Assembly: GCA_965644265.1 (NCBI GenBank)
Contig: OZ286474.1
Coordinates: forward strand, 57,598,001-57,662,000
Length of the DNA: 64,000 nt
Reading direction: 5' to 3'
From: Glycera tridactyla
Lineage: Eukaryota
The position numbers and the translations under genes are program-made. The notes beneath the pieces are model-generated. The model saw only the letters and a list, made by a program, of their open reading frames with translations, searched no databases and had not been told where the DNA came from. Shown here in pieces: positions 1 to 13,400 of this stretch (within the stretch, counting starts at the first letter, position 1; the number at the start of each line of letters is the position of its first letter).

Positions 1-694
1 TGCGTCATCGTCGACGATGTCTCCGTCGTTATTTTTGCCATCTTATTCATCGCTTCTAGAAAATTGCGTTCACATGGTAACACATCTGCCAAAATATACA
101 TTCCACATATTATTCACAAGTGTAAAGGACGCCAGAAAACTAACTAGCGTGTACGTCGGCAAACCAGTATCTGGCAGACTATGGCCCGTCATCGCCATGG
201 GACTCGAGCATTCCTCGGTCGGATTTCAGCAATCGATCACTGCTGAGTGAGTGGTGAGAGAAATTGACAAGCCTTTAATTACTAACAGAATGAATAAACA
301 TTTAACCGACGCCAGGCTATGATGGATGTCTCAACACCTGACAAACAGACAGGATGATGGAAGACCTGGCAGAATTTATTTGCAATAGATTTGACCTGTC
401 TGCACATATCACTCTCCTATGCCGCAGTGACATACACTCGAAGGATTGTATTCAGGATCAATTGAACATGTTCCATTGGTAAAGAGACACCATTCATTCT
501 TCCATACGCTCACTTATAGGATATCTTAGGAATATCAGATATATTGAATACTGCCCAATCTCTGGAAACGTGGAATCATTGAAGTAAGCACTTACAGATA
601 CTACGAGTGAAGAATCATTTTTGATTGCGATTAGGTTGGAGCGAGATCGGGAAATGATCCTCATCCACATCCTGCTCTATCCCTCTTTATGCAG

Positions 695-948
695 GGTTAG
701 AAAAAGTTGAGGGCGGAAAATCTATACCAATCACCATCCTCGTTGCGGTGGTGGTCGGTATCGGAATTGTCGCTCTTTTTGTTCAGTTATGGGAGAATTC
801 GCTTGCAAATCATCTCATGCCGTCATCATCTAATCTGATCGTTAATGGCATAAGAGAGTTTACGAAAAAGTACTCAAAAAATAAACAGGACAGACCTCGA
901 CGCTTTTCTGTACGGCTATTTCTATTTTCAAGAATAGCACTCATCTAA
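695..948 (+). CDS. Candidate exon encoding a transmembrane segment (unassigned gene)
   Basis: Acceptor ccctctttatgcag|G at 694/695, phase 1. Reads (G)LEKVEGGKSIPITILVAVVVGIGIVALFVQLWENS... to TAA at 948, with one ~20-aa hydrophobic stretch. No upstream partner exon found in the window. Confidence 0.35.
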
Positions 949-1074
949 AATCTGCGTCACTCCCATGACTAGTGTCATTGTTCGCCCTAAATTGTGAGCT
1001 CATTTAAAAATCATTTTGACTTGAATTGATTTGAAAACCTTCATTGAACAGAGTATCATGAGGTCTCGCAAGGT

Positions 1075-1640
1075 CATATTACGTGTCAATGCTACAACAC
1101 AACAATTGCAATGTATAGAACAACGTAACAGATGGAAAAATAAGTATGAACATATATGTAAATACGGGCATGTACATGCGTACCGTTATACGGTATGATC
1201 AGTGACTCGTCTGGTGGTCAGAGGGGTAGGGTCGATTTATAAGGGGATGGGGATTAGAAACTGACATAAATTGCATATCCAGAGGGGTATCAAGTATATC
1301 AGGGTATAATTTCTCGATCATATCGTCACAGATCATCTCCGGTGGTCAGGAGAGACTATTTGATACTGGCCATTTCCCATGGTAGTCATGTGGACTTCAT
1401 CAGGAGCGCATGTTATTGCATAACACTACAATTGCAATATATAGAACAACGAAACAGATAGAAAAACTAGTATGGATAGATGTGTATATACAGGCATGCC
1501 GGTTGATTCCATCATGCGGTATGGTCAGGGGGCCCTCTCTGGTGTTCAGAGGGGTGGGGTCGATTCATGCGGGGATGGAGGACGGACGGAGGGGGTGCAG
1601 TAGAAACTGACAGTAATATGTGCAATTTCAGAGGGTTATA
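1075..1640. repeat. Diverged tandem duplication, ~326-bp offset
   Basis: acaattgcaatgtatagaacaacgtaacagatggaaaaa at 1102 recurs as acaattgcaatatatagaacaacgaaacagatagaaaaa at 1428. Similarity continues through the ggtcagaggggtagggtcgat / gttcagaggggtggggtcgat blocks. Confidence 0.6.
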
Positions 1641-2777
1641 AAGTAAACGTGGTTGGCCTCATGGGATCCCAGGGCAGGATCACCAGGTGGGATATGTCAA
1701 GTTTGATGTGCCCTTCCTTCCATACCACGTCTATACAACACCCATGAGCGGGATTTTCAACATACTCAATGAATCGCCAGGGTGTAGATATACAGTAGAT
1801 CATAAGGACTATCAAGTCAGGTCAAGTAAGGTCACATAGTTCTCTCCCTAACCGCCAACGCCTGTATTCAGTAGTGGATTCACCACCGCGTGCCTTGTAT
1901 GGCGTTCTAGATCATCTTTCACATTTTTGTTGGCCATCAGCAGGATGATAGTCTGCCTGCTGGGCACGGGTTAAGTGTGATTGAATTATTGATTTATTCC
2001 GGCTCTCTTCAAGGCCAGTGTTTAATCACGCGTCTCTTGAATCCATTCCCTCAGAGCTAAGATTTACTCAGTATTATTCAGAAGTTCGTTGGAACTCCTA
2101 ACACTATAAACATATCACCCAATCTTAATCAGGCCTGCAGTTTAATTTGAAGGTCGTTAGCCTCCTCTCGCACGAGAAGTTACTTGATGAGTCTGCGTAT
2201 ATCCAATACTGTAACACCAGAATTCAGCCAGCCTTGTAATATTCTGAGCGGTTTCTCACGCGCTAGTTCAAGATCAACTTTAACATGAAATACCGGGATT
2301 TTGTTAATGGGACTGGTATCATTATCCGTATCCCATCTTGTTGAAAACGACCAAGCATTGGCAGCAACCGTGGACTCGAGAAAAACAGTCATCATCTTAA
2401 ATTATGCTGAGCATGGAATTACTCGTATCCAGCCCTGATTTGCGCAGTCATCCTGGTGAGCAAACGACCACTTTTGATCTCGTGTGAAAATTGTCTTTTT
2501 GAGCTGGGACGGCTCTGGATGACGATCATCAGCGCTACACAACGAAACTGTTATCTGTTCCCCTTGGCTTTTGTACAGGGAAGGCGTCTCGGATAGATAG
2601 ACCCACACAGAGAAATAGAGAATAGTTTAATAGAGAAAATTTCATCTCGCACTTACAGTTGTATGAGTTCGACGTATAGCATGATAAATAAGATAGAGGC
2701 AGCTATCGAGCGTAGTGCAGGGGTCGATATAGAGAAAATGAGATTCATGAAAACGAGATCCTAGACATTCGGTAATA

Positions 2778-2954
2778 CAGTCGAACCTGCTCTGAAGACC
2801 ACCTCTCTATAGAGACCACCTCTCTATAAAGACCACCCTGAGCTGCGACCATTGAAGTATTTTCAACATAAATGACCTCTCTATAAAGACCACCTGCCAA
2901 TAAAGACCACTTTTTTATGCGACCAGAGGCGGTCTTTATAGGCAGGTTCGACTG
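2778..2954. mobile_element. MITE (non-autonomous Tc1/mariner-pogo-type DNA transposon), 177 bp
   Basis: TIRs CAGTCGAACCTGC...GCAGGTTCGACTG (13 bp perfect, ~25 bp imperfect), TA on both flanks (2776-77, 2955-56), and internal repeats of ctctataaagaccacc. No coding capacity. Confidence 0.85.
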
Positions 2955-3194
2955 TAATTGCGAAATGTGTCCATGATATTGATGAATCAGCTGCAGGGAT
3001 CTTCCCCAGATAATCGTGATATTCGGTCATGCATGCAAAGAGCATATAACAAATAGTAGATAACAGTTACTGCAACTAGTAGTCACTATTCGCTAGCGTG
3101 GTTGATTGATCTTTATTCGGGCTCGCGTGAAGCGATAGATTATTTCAATGGAGGCTATCTTGGTAGATGATGTCTTCTTTCTGCTTCTTTGAAG

Positions 3195-3327
3195 ATGGAT
3201 GCGATGAATGGAGATGTGATCGTGTCTCTGTACATCTCCAACTTCACCAACTCCTCCTACCAGACCTATCATCTCAAAGCTCGCAATGATCTCGGAGAAC
3301 GGGAGTTCCAAGTGCACATCCGACAAG
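3195..3327 (+). CDS. Internal exon: C-terminal half of an Ig-like domain
   Basis: Acceptor ttctttgaag|ATG (phase 0) and donor CAA G|gtaagt (phase 1). Peptide MDAMNGDVIVSLYISNFTNSSYQTYHLKARNDLGEREFQVHIRQ resembles Ig E-F-G strands (SLxIsN...YxxYxLxAxNxLG). Confidence 0.7.
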
Positions 3328-6300
3328 GTAAGTGCCCCCGAACTCAATCACTCTTATCACGTGCCTGTTAACGTTTTGGTCCACGTTTCCAAACGTCTTG
3401 AATAGGACAGAGGTGCCCATCAGATATCCAAAGTAACAAGGCTCGAATGATTCGCTCCCATGTACATCATGTGGGCGTCACAATATAACACACCAGTTGC
3501 TGGTATGATATAGGATTTATGATTCCTAACTCTGACAAGGGTTCGGAGGGTGGTTGGTGGAAGGTACTTCAAGCCTTGAGTTGGAGGTCAAATATTTATT
3601 TTCTCCGGCTGACCAGACGGTAATATTTCGAACACCCCATCAAAATCGACTGATCTCAATGTACGTGTACTGTGAGGTTGAATGGTGACTCGACAGGGAA
3701 GATAACTCAAAAGAATCCATATTTCCTCTTTTTCTATAAGGGCATACATGCACTTAGAATAGCCGTTGGCAACATATATCAGTAGATCATGATGTCACAG
3801 TCAGCTTGATTGACGATGTGACAGATGTCTGTAGGTTATGAAAAGCTTTACACGCAGATGCATTTTTACTAAGACCATTAACTTTACCAGATTCGGTATC
3901 AAATGCGCTGTCCTGTTGTCTCGATGAGTTTGAATCGAGGGAAAGACTAATATGATGTCAGTCATTCAGTCAAGGGGATGACCTAGGGATCACCAATCTG
4001 CCCCTCCCCCCTTAAGATGATCAAATATATTCGTAGTGAATGTGACCGTTGATGCTATGAATTCCAATCTCGAGTGGCTCTGGTGGAGAACAGACTTTTT
4101 CAGGCATTCTCATAGGGTTGCTAGGCAACAGCATCTAGAGTGATCAATTTAGAAAAAAAAAAACTAATTTCTCCTGCGATACATGTTGAATGTCATTTAT
4201 TAGTGACAGTCCCGAAAAAAAATCAGCCTTGAGAGAGATCTGAGTATGGAATTTTGTGCCAGACTTACACCTTGGCGAATCATGGTTTTCGCTGGTGGAG
4301 GGTTCTCAATGCATTATCCCTGGTAAATCAAGAAGCATTATTGCTGCGAGGTCTCACGCTGGGCCACAGTTAGTGCCTAATGCATTATTTGATGGGGATG
4401 CTGGCTTCCGTGCCTGACGTATTGATTGTTTACTGCATGTGCACTAAATGTCACCAAACTTCTCTCAAGCACACTCAATATCATACATTGAAAGGTAATG
4501 AGATGTAATATAGAATGAGCATTCCCCGCTCGAAGAGATTATGTCCTCTCTATACATTCTTGAGAGGGCAATTGAACGTAGAATATTTTAAATGATTCTC
4601 ATTCATTTAAAAGGGCATTCTCCCTACGGGAAACGTACATCTCAAAAGAAATGAGCATGTATTCATACTCGAATCTAACCCTCTCACGAATGCATGGAAG
4701 AAACTGGAAAACGTCAAGTATGGCCGTGCAGCCACATAGAGAATTGTGTAACAAGGGATATGCATTTTGGTGTATGGTTTGTGAAAGCGCGGGATGATAT
4801 ATCAACATGATGGGTACGCAACATATTTCAATTGAAATACTGTTGCGCTGTGAAATCCTCTCCAAAATATGTCTTGATAAAAAGGCACGAAATCGAGATG
4901 ATCCATCATGAGAATGGATCTGTATATGCCTCTATCAATCAATCAATCAAACCATCCATCCATCAATCTATTCATCCGTCCTCCCGTTCATTTATCCATC
5001 CATCNNNNNNNNNNNNNNNNNNNNNNNNNNNNNNNNNNNNNNNNNNNNNNNNNNNNNNNNNNNNNNNNNNNNNNNNNNNNNNNNNNNNNNNNNNNNNNNN
5101 NNNNNNNNNNNNNNNNNNNNNNNNNNNNNNNNNNNNNNNNNNNNNNNNNNNNNNTTTATTCATTCATCTATATACCTATCCATGTGTCTATCCAATTCTT
5201 ATTGGAAGTGCAATTTTGCGCCATCATACAAAATCATCCTTGCAATGGACTCAATGTAGGATATGTAGAGGTGCTGTTGGTTGATAGATTTCGCCTCATC
5301 TCCGGTAGGGGACACTTTGTAGTGCTCGAGTCTGGATAAGGCTGGAATGATATCAGCGGGAAGTCGAAAGCGAACTAGAGTGCATTGTGTCCATTTCCTG
5401 TTTTAAAGCACGCCAGCGGAAATCGAAACTTTGCTAAGACTTTCTTCAGTCAATTGATGGCCAGCCAGGCTCTTCATCGCTGCAATATATATGGCAGAGC
5501 GTGAAATCGACAGTGTTGCGCCTGTTGTGTTTGCCCTCTTGTAACACTCTCTTGTCGAGGCCAGTCACTTTTGTGACAATGGCTTGATAATCGACTCCGA
5601 AAATATCAGTGCTACTGGTGCGTTGGTTGTAAGTCAGGGACTTCATAATTTCATATGAATATCAGTACAGAATGGCTGAAAGAGCTACATACACCTTTTT
5701 GAAGGGATCAATTACTCATTTCCATCAATTAAACGATGAACATACCCTAACGATATGAACGTAGGGTACGTACAGATCATCAGAACGTCGTCATAGCGCT
5801 TCATTTACATATTGCATCCAATGAGATGAGCGTAATGATATCAAATGTTTCATCTACCATAAAGTGAGAGCCATCATACCAAAGCTACCTTGCCCAAGTT
5901 ATGCACAAGACATATATACAATTCATGTTTGAATCCTCTCATGACATGACTCCTGAGAGATCATCACAACATTCGTAGCGATGACGCAATCAAGACGTAT
6001 ATTTGACGTCATGTGTGACCATCGAGCAGGTTTATCAGTATCTTGGAAGTTCACCTCCATGAAGCATCCTGCAAACTATCGCTGCGAGTCTATTTCAATA
6101 TGTTGGTTCAGACTGTCATCTCGACCTATATTGCTCTCCCCGTTCACCATCAGCTTCTTCGGTAATTCTTCTTTTCAAAATCAAGAATGATATATCGGCA
6201 TTTGCGTCGACTCGAAACCATTCCTGCTACATACCTTCCATCTACAAGGTCTCTGAGGGATGAACATATTTTTTCCTCAGAAATGCCAATGTCATGCGGT

Positions 6301-6384
6301 GAATTCATTGCTAAAGAAATGTCATTTCACCTCCAAAAAGCAATCAATATTTTGAAATATGATCATTGACATACTTTTTTGCAG

Positions 6385-6608
6385 GAGTAGCGACAACAGA
6401 AGCCACGACGCAAGCAACCACGCAAACAGAGAAGCCAACTCAGAGCAAGGGAGATCGAGTCGTTCCTGGTAGTAATGAAATCGCCAAGCCTGCAGTTGCA
6501 ACCGACCAAGGAAGTGGCTCTAGTGTCGCTTTTGGCCAGGAACACTTCCATCTCATCCTCATTGGACTCCTTTCTGCTCTCCTCTTGATGCAGTCCTCCC
6601 AGAGCTAG
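6385..6608 (+). CDS. Terminal exon: Thr-rich stalk plus C-terminal hydrophobic tail (probable GPI-anchor signal)
   Basis: Acceptor ttttttgcag|GA, phase 1, compatible with the 3327 donor. Reads GVATTEATTQATTQTEKPT...QGSGSSVAFGQEHFHLILIGLLSALLLMQSSQS*, with small residues (GSGSS) followed by a hydrophobic end and no cytoplasmic tail. Confidence 0.75.
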
Positions 6609-7521
6609 TTGTGATATGCTAAGAACGACAATAGGATCAACTTTCGGCCTCGTGGTTCTCCAGACCCAGTCTTCAGCCTATGTCTTAATATCCCAATCGT
6701 TTACCTGCCATGATAACCAGGCATTTTCCTCATGTGAAGAATGCGTCTTGTTCGATTCACCTCTGGAATATCAACCAAATTTGAGTCAATCCTTCTCTCC
6801 CTGTGACCTGTTAGCAACAGGCAACAGGCATCGGTGTCGGTGCCTGTGATCGGCAATGAGGTGGAGATTAATCTCATGGGGTCATGCGATGGTATTCACC
6901 AAAGTTTCATTTCGAAGAAGCGAAATGGCTCATGAAATGCATCAGTCAACCATCCTCATGAACGGGGAAATGTTCGAATATGGATGCGAACATTAAGAAG
7001 TTCGTCATAACTTCATTCGATCTATAGTCAGATTTTCCATTGTCATGAGAGAGCTTTACCTTTATCATCCATGGACGGATACACTGCAGATTTCCAGTGG
7101 ATTCAATACTGAATAACCTGTAGTTCGAGCAATATCTATGGTCGACAACTTCCAATAGTGATACTTCAAGATGGAGCAGAAAGGAACAAGGCATGTGATC
7201 AGTGCCCCTCTTCCATGTTGTAGAATTTAGCATATTTTTTGAGAGGCCACATCATGTGCAGACCCAAATAGTCAATAGGTCAAAAGCGTTGAGGGACGTG
7301 ATAGTTGGTGAAGAAAAACAAATCAACCCAAGTTGCTTTTGATATTGCATTCCCAGATATTTCAACCATCCAAGTAACAACATTCTACCACAGTATTGCA
7401 ATTCAGAACTGTGAGATGGTTGTTGCGAGAAAACACTAATCACCAACCGAAACCGTTTGGATTTCAACTCAGTGTTGAATATATAAGAGTGAATCTAGAA
7501 CCAAGACGAAAGCGTGAAAAT

Positions 7522-7785
7522 ACAGGTGTTGAGTACCCATACATGTACTGAAGCCATTGTACCTCACAGGTGTTGAGTACTCATACATGTACTGAAGCCA
7601 TTGTACCTCACAGGTGTTGAGTACTCATACATGTACTGAAGCCATTGTACCTCACAGGTGTTGAGTACTCATACATGTACTGAAGCCATTGTACCTCACA
7701 GGTGTTGAGTACTCATACATGTACTGAAGCCATTGTACCTCACAGGTGTTGAGAACTCATACATGTACGGAAGCCATTGCACCTC
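7522..7785. repeat. 44-bp minisatellite, 6 copies
   Basis: Unit acaggtgttgagtactcatacatgtactgaagccattgtacctc starts at 7522, 7566, 7610, 7654, 7698 and 7742. Inner copies are identical; the end copies carry substitutions. Confidence 0.97.
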
Positions 7786-10329
7786 TTTACAAACACAATT
7801 GCAGTGCTGGTGAAATGCAATTGCCCTCCAATGATTTTATCGATTAGATTACCTGCTTTTCAAATAATCAGATCTCGGTCAATATTCGAGTGCCAATTTA
7901 GGTAATTTAAGAATTCTTTTCACTACCCTTCACTAGTGACGAATCGAATAGAAGTAGGAGGTTCATTCGCCTTCACAGAGCTGATATAATTTTCCGTAGG
8001 GGGGGTGGGAGAGGTGGTTTGAAACTTGATTATCCTCGAGTTGGGACGTGTATGATTATACTTAATCATAATTATATTACCCGAGGTTCAGAAGATTGAT
8101 GAGCCATAATGAGGTCATAGAGGTCATACTACTGTTGATATTGGATGTTTTCGTTCATGTCCATGTTTTTTCGCAGCTGCATGGCTAGGGGCCATTCATT
8201 TTTGTGTTTGTAGGCAATATGAAACCTCACCCACATATTCGAACAGGCTTGTCTGCACATACATCCATCATCTTTCTGATATATACTTATATACATTCAT
8301 CTTGATAATGGGCAGGGAACTATTGAGAGAAAAAACACTAATCATGAAGAAGTATGATCACTGTGTTCCCTTCAACTTTGGGATAATTCTTTGTCACGCG
8401 ATATGATTCTTGTTTCTCTTGGATGGGGGGGGGGGGTATGGGGGGAAAAATTCCCATTACATAGTTTTCCCAGGTGATCTGTTGGCCGAATCATGAACCT
8501 CTTTAAGAGGTAATGTATTTCAAATGAACCTATGAGGGTTTTGGAATAGGTGCCTGCTCAAGTAGATTCCAAGAACTGTTCGATCAGGCGTCAGTATTCA
8601 ATGTTGCTTAGTTAAGAAGAATCAATTTGAATATGCGTAGACACCGGAGAAAAGCTGGGCTGGCCCTCATGAGGCTGCACTCTGTATTTGGGATACCTGA
8701 TCAAAGTCTCGTGGTGCATCCTCGAGCAAGAGAAATAAATCACATCACGATTCCTACTGATCATTTCGAAAACATGGAATCATAAACGAGAAAAAATTTC
8801 ACTGCTTTCGTGACATTTTCCGGACTACTGATTTCATCATTTGTGGTGAAGTCAATGTCCTTATAGGGATCTCCCCGATGTACCATCTTATCCCATCATT
8901 AGAGGTGCAATTAAAAGAACTTCCAGTCAACTTCGCGCCTCCTAATTGGCGGATTACGTGATGTCAAGGAATTTGTCCGTATCTCACGACCCAGACTCAT
9001 CAAAGACTTACTTTCCTCAAATTATGAAAGTATTTGTTGGACATTCCCTGTATTTTGGACATGTATTACGCCAGGGGTGACCCACGGGAGACTGATATGA
9101 TTTGTGTGATTTGTGTATATTCTGTATATACCTGTAACCCGTAAGCCGAAAAATGTTATTTTTACAAAACTGTGCGTGCTCCACCTGTGTGTCATGTGCA
9201 ATGTCGTTTGTCACACCAGAAATAAAACCTAGAATCAACAATCCATGGTGGATTGCAAGTAGGAGAATATCTGAGCGATGTCATTTGACATCTATGAGGC
9301 GACGTCTACGTGGCGATGCCTGCATTCGTCGAATGGACACGTCATGTTTGCGTGATATCATTTCAAAGCGATAGCCCCAATTGGCAAACAGGCTGAAGCC
9401 ATTTCAGTGTAATGATCGGCTAGCTGACTGATTGGTTCACTAAAAATCATACTTCATGGTGATGAACAATTAGAAATACCCTCACCACCGTTCGTAGTCT
9501 TAACATAAGAGATTATCAATGGTGATTCCATCGTTCAAAATTGTATGGGGAACGCTTTTACCCATGGGCAGCGCCATATTACATGCATATACTGGCAGCC
9601 ACCTTGTGAATTGTTTTGCACATCACTAAGTCGAGCCTCTGCTGCTATGTGCTGAGTAAGAGCAGTTATCAGCATCTTCCAGACAAACTTCAATACCTTG
9701 CACCAATTCTGCTTGCTACATCACATACTACAGGATGACTCAAACTATCTGGAGGAAAATACATTTCAGGAATTCATTACCCCCTCGAAAGTCTTGCTGC
9801 TTAGGTGTAAACCCATTAGCTACCAAGGTAAATAAAATACAGAGTTTACTAGTGGCAAGAACCATGTGTGGCTCAAAATATTTGTGAGTGTCATCCCTGT
9901 TTCTTTTCCCAGATATGATCAGCTGTGAAGAGAGGCAATGCTACTGCTATGTCCATCTTGACCTTCGAAGTGCATACATCGCAGGCGAACATACCTCAAT
10001 GGTCAGATCTATGGAGAGATGGTAGGCACAGCAGGTAGATATTGAGTGATATACAAACTGATGTAGTAGAAAATATGAGTGGCCTTTCCAGACAGTTATT
10101 CCCCTGCAGGGGTGATTTTTGAAACTGCTTCGATGATACTTGATTTGAACTCTTCTTAAGTACCTTATGCCTAGATTTGAGAATGAATTCCTCCACTGAA
10201 ATATGATTAGTGCAGAAATCTCCCCAGATGTGCCCAATGTTGGCACTGCACTTGTGTCAATGTTATTGTGTATGTGTATGTTCGTGTATGTTCGTGTAAG
10301 TACATGCAGATTTACACAGTGGGGGCGAC

Positions 10330-10562
10330 GTGATGAGTCAGTGGTGGGTGGATGGGTGTGTGACTGGCTAATTCAGTGAGCAAATGAGTGGATAAAGTCT
10401 GAGTGACCATCAACGAGTGAGCGATGGTGAGTTTGAGTGATCGAGTGACTGAATGACCGAGTAGAAAGGTAAATGAGTTGGTAGGTGAGTGGTTGAATGA
10501 GCAAGAATCTGTGGTTGGTGGATGGGTGGGTGCATGTGTGAGTTATAGATGGGTGGATGGGT
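10330..10562. repeat. Degenerate GAGT/GGAT/GGGT tetranucleotide low-complexity tract
   Basis: Repeated gagt, ggat and gggt motifs are visible directly. Confidence 0.7.
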
Positions 10563-11199
10563 TAGATAGTAGACAAGTGAAACAGTGTAAGAATACAGGA
10601 GGGTACCGCTCCTCGGGATGATCTACATATTGTAAATATAATCACTGCCAAGGAGTCATTGTAGTTCGGCTCTGGCGTCATTGTGACGTCATTATCGCGG
10701 ATAAGTGACGACATATATCGGTATCCTCTGTGAATGTGCATTGCAGGTGAAACAGGGCATGAGCACAATAGGACAGATTATGAAGGGGATTCTCTGACCA
10801 TGAATGATGGCGTCCTTGCAAATCCGAAACAACGGATGATGGGAATCACCGTCGAGTGTTTGCCTTTTTTCCTCGAAATTTCTCACTCTAGGGGTTTGAG
10901 AAATATGGGAGGGCTCTACGTCAATCCCTGTCCTGGTGGTACATGCATCTAGATTTAGCTCAGATGCTAACATTCGAGAATGACTCAAATTACACAAAAG
11001 CAATCACGATTGATTCCCAAATGATTGTGTGATGACGCCATCTACGGGCTTGGGGAGTCCCCTGACGCTATGCACATGCTGGAGATGATGAACCCTAATT
11101 GGGTGGGCATATGCTGAATAGGGCTAGGTGATCTAAGGGAAAACGATACGGTGATTTTATGTGTGTCATTTATTTATAAGTGTAACGAAATGAATTGAT

Positions 11200-13400
11200 G
11201 TAATCTTATTGTACCTTCGAACGAAAGTATTTGTCGCGGCACGTCCAGTAGAACATGTATTCTCCTAGATGTATATAACAGTGATAGCTCATGCTTTGTG
11301 ATGATGCTTAGTGAAATACAGGATGGAGGTTCAACGTCGAATGGGCGACGCTTGTGTGGTATTTGTGTAATGATGTGAGAGCGTTCCGACGTCATTATCC
11401 GGCACAGAAAGCATAGAGGTCAGGAAATCGACACCGATGGGAAAGATAGGGACCAGACTCATTCAATATTAGCAGAATAAGGTATTGGCATGAGCCCCAT
11501 CTCACACTTTCTTTCATGGATATTGTGGATATTGGAAGTCACAAATTTACCCATTAGGTATGTAACTTTGGCTGGTAATATCATCGGCATAATAGATTAT
11601 GGAAGACTTGGCGCTGTCTTTGAACACGACCATTGTCGGGCATTAGTGGCTTACGACAAACTCCAAGTTCAGGAGCGTCCTGTAAACTGAGTGACGCCTG
11701 TGGTTATTCCACATGGTTGAGGCCAAGCGCATCCCAGCGCCAAAACACGGGATGAGCTCAATGCAGGGTTTTGATCAACCAAATTTTGTATCACAGGATC
11801 TGGTGTTCACCACAGCAACTGGTTTAGAATCTGACCGGAATGTACTGGAATGACTGATCAGAAAGGTTGGTCAAAAGTTATACGAGCTGTGAATGTCCAC
11901 CAACATCTTCTGACAAGTCCTAAAAGTTTATTCTAGCAAGGGAATTGTTCCGTGTTTTTGAAGTATGATTGTTGATACCGCCAAGTGTATATCCAAAGCC
12001 TCTGAGCCAATACAAATTCAATAGCCATCTAAAGCTCGAAACTAATCGATACAGAGGAGTATGTATTCAAAGAGATACATTTTCAAATATCGTAATTTTC
12101 CACTTAGTGGGACGGTCATGGAGGTCACAATATTCCGAGTTCCTAATTTCTCGCAAATTTCTAGATTCGATGCTGATGGAGGTTCAAGCCATTGAAATAG
12201 AATAATCATACCGAGTAATAGAATTTCTCGATTAGAAGGCCTCAAAGGCTACTACCAGAATCATAATTCCATCAGCAGTATCCTCGACGTAGACCAGGAT
12301 TTGTCAGAATTGTTGGTATGCATTGGACAACATGACTATCATTAGTATCTTTTAATACGGAAGCATTGGAAAATTATTCATCCGGTGGCTCGTATGTAAA
12401 CTGAAAATACTTTAGGAGTGGATATCTTACCACTGCAGGTGTCAGATTGGTAAACAAAATCCAGAAAGATGATCAGAAGTGGAGAGTTGCGATACAGGGA
12501 TTTGAAAATAATTGGCAAGTGGATGCGAAGTGCTATAATGAATGGCTGACTGATGATAGTTTAATTATCAATCTGTGGACTCTTGTGTCTCAAACAATTG
12601 ACCAGAAACCCAGTTGTTATTATTTGCAGTGACCTCTTCTGAATTGGTGGAAATGTGTCCATATAGTGTGCTATGTATAGTGACCTTGGTGGGACATTGC
12701 TGTTTTATTGGAAAGCTTCTCTATCTCTAAGTTTGGTGTCATCAATACTTACATTCATCGCTAATGCTATGGAACCTCTAATAAATAGGAGTGCATTTGT
12801 AATGTTCGTTTGTCTTCTTTCTATTACATTCTCGACTTAGTTGAAATCCGGTGGTAAACATGAGAAATTCAACCAGGTGAAATTTGAAATCCGATCATAT
12901 TGGTAGTCGCATTCTGTTTCATGATGATAGAGCCCTCGGAACAATCTTTCCATTCGATAATTGCAGAGGCAAAAACCAGTCTCATAGTCGGTCGTATTGC
13001 TTGAATGTTCGCTAGCCCTGGCAATCGAACCAGACTACAATGCAAAGCCTGACGTTTCTGGGAGATCCGAAACTGGGGCATTGCATGTCCTGAGCAAGTT
13101 CTCGCCAGATTCGGTAAAGGTTATTCGAAGACGAAACTAATCTGTGGGAGAAATAAACATATGTTGCGTTTGACAAGTGTATGCAAAGTACAAGTCTTGT
13201 TCATCAGGAATTTAGTTCCACGTTCCCCATGCAGTCTTTTGTTAAGTAGCATAAGAACTCAACGACTCGAGTTTAATCCGATGTTAAAGAAGTGCAGTCA
13301 AATAGAATACACTCCATTTCCGAATTAATTCAAAATCAGAGTTGATATGGTGCAACTAATCACCCATAATTTACCCATCATCAGTCTTGTTTGAAGTTGG
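11200..13400 (-). mobile_element. Probable highly decayed non-LTR retrotransposon (L2/CR1-like RT) remnant
   Basis: Minus-strand fragments in RT order, broken by stops and frameshifts: QAIRPT (~12990, like QSAYRP), LQMHSYL (~12790, like LQWFxSYL), VSIDDTKLRDRSFPIKQQCPT (~12750-12690, like VSIxxxxS..xPIxxGVPQG), LLTNLSDQSFQY (~11870). Boundaries are approximate and the resemblance was judged by eye only. Confidence 0.4.

Noticed and set aside
2180-2608. Two same-frame minus-strand ORFs separated by one stop (possible pseudogene)
   Set aside because: No recognisable domain and no supporting splice chain.
7522-7785. Repeat array considered as CRISPR
   Set aside because: Contiguous identical units without unique spacers, no cas genes, eukaryotic context.
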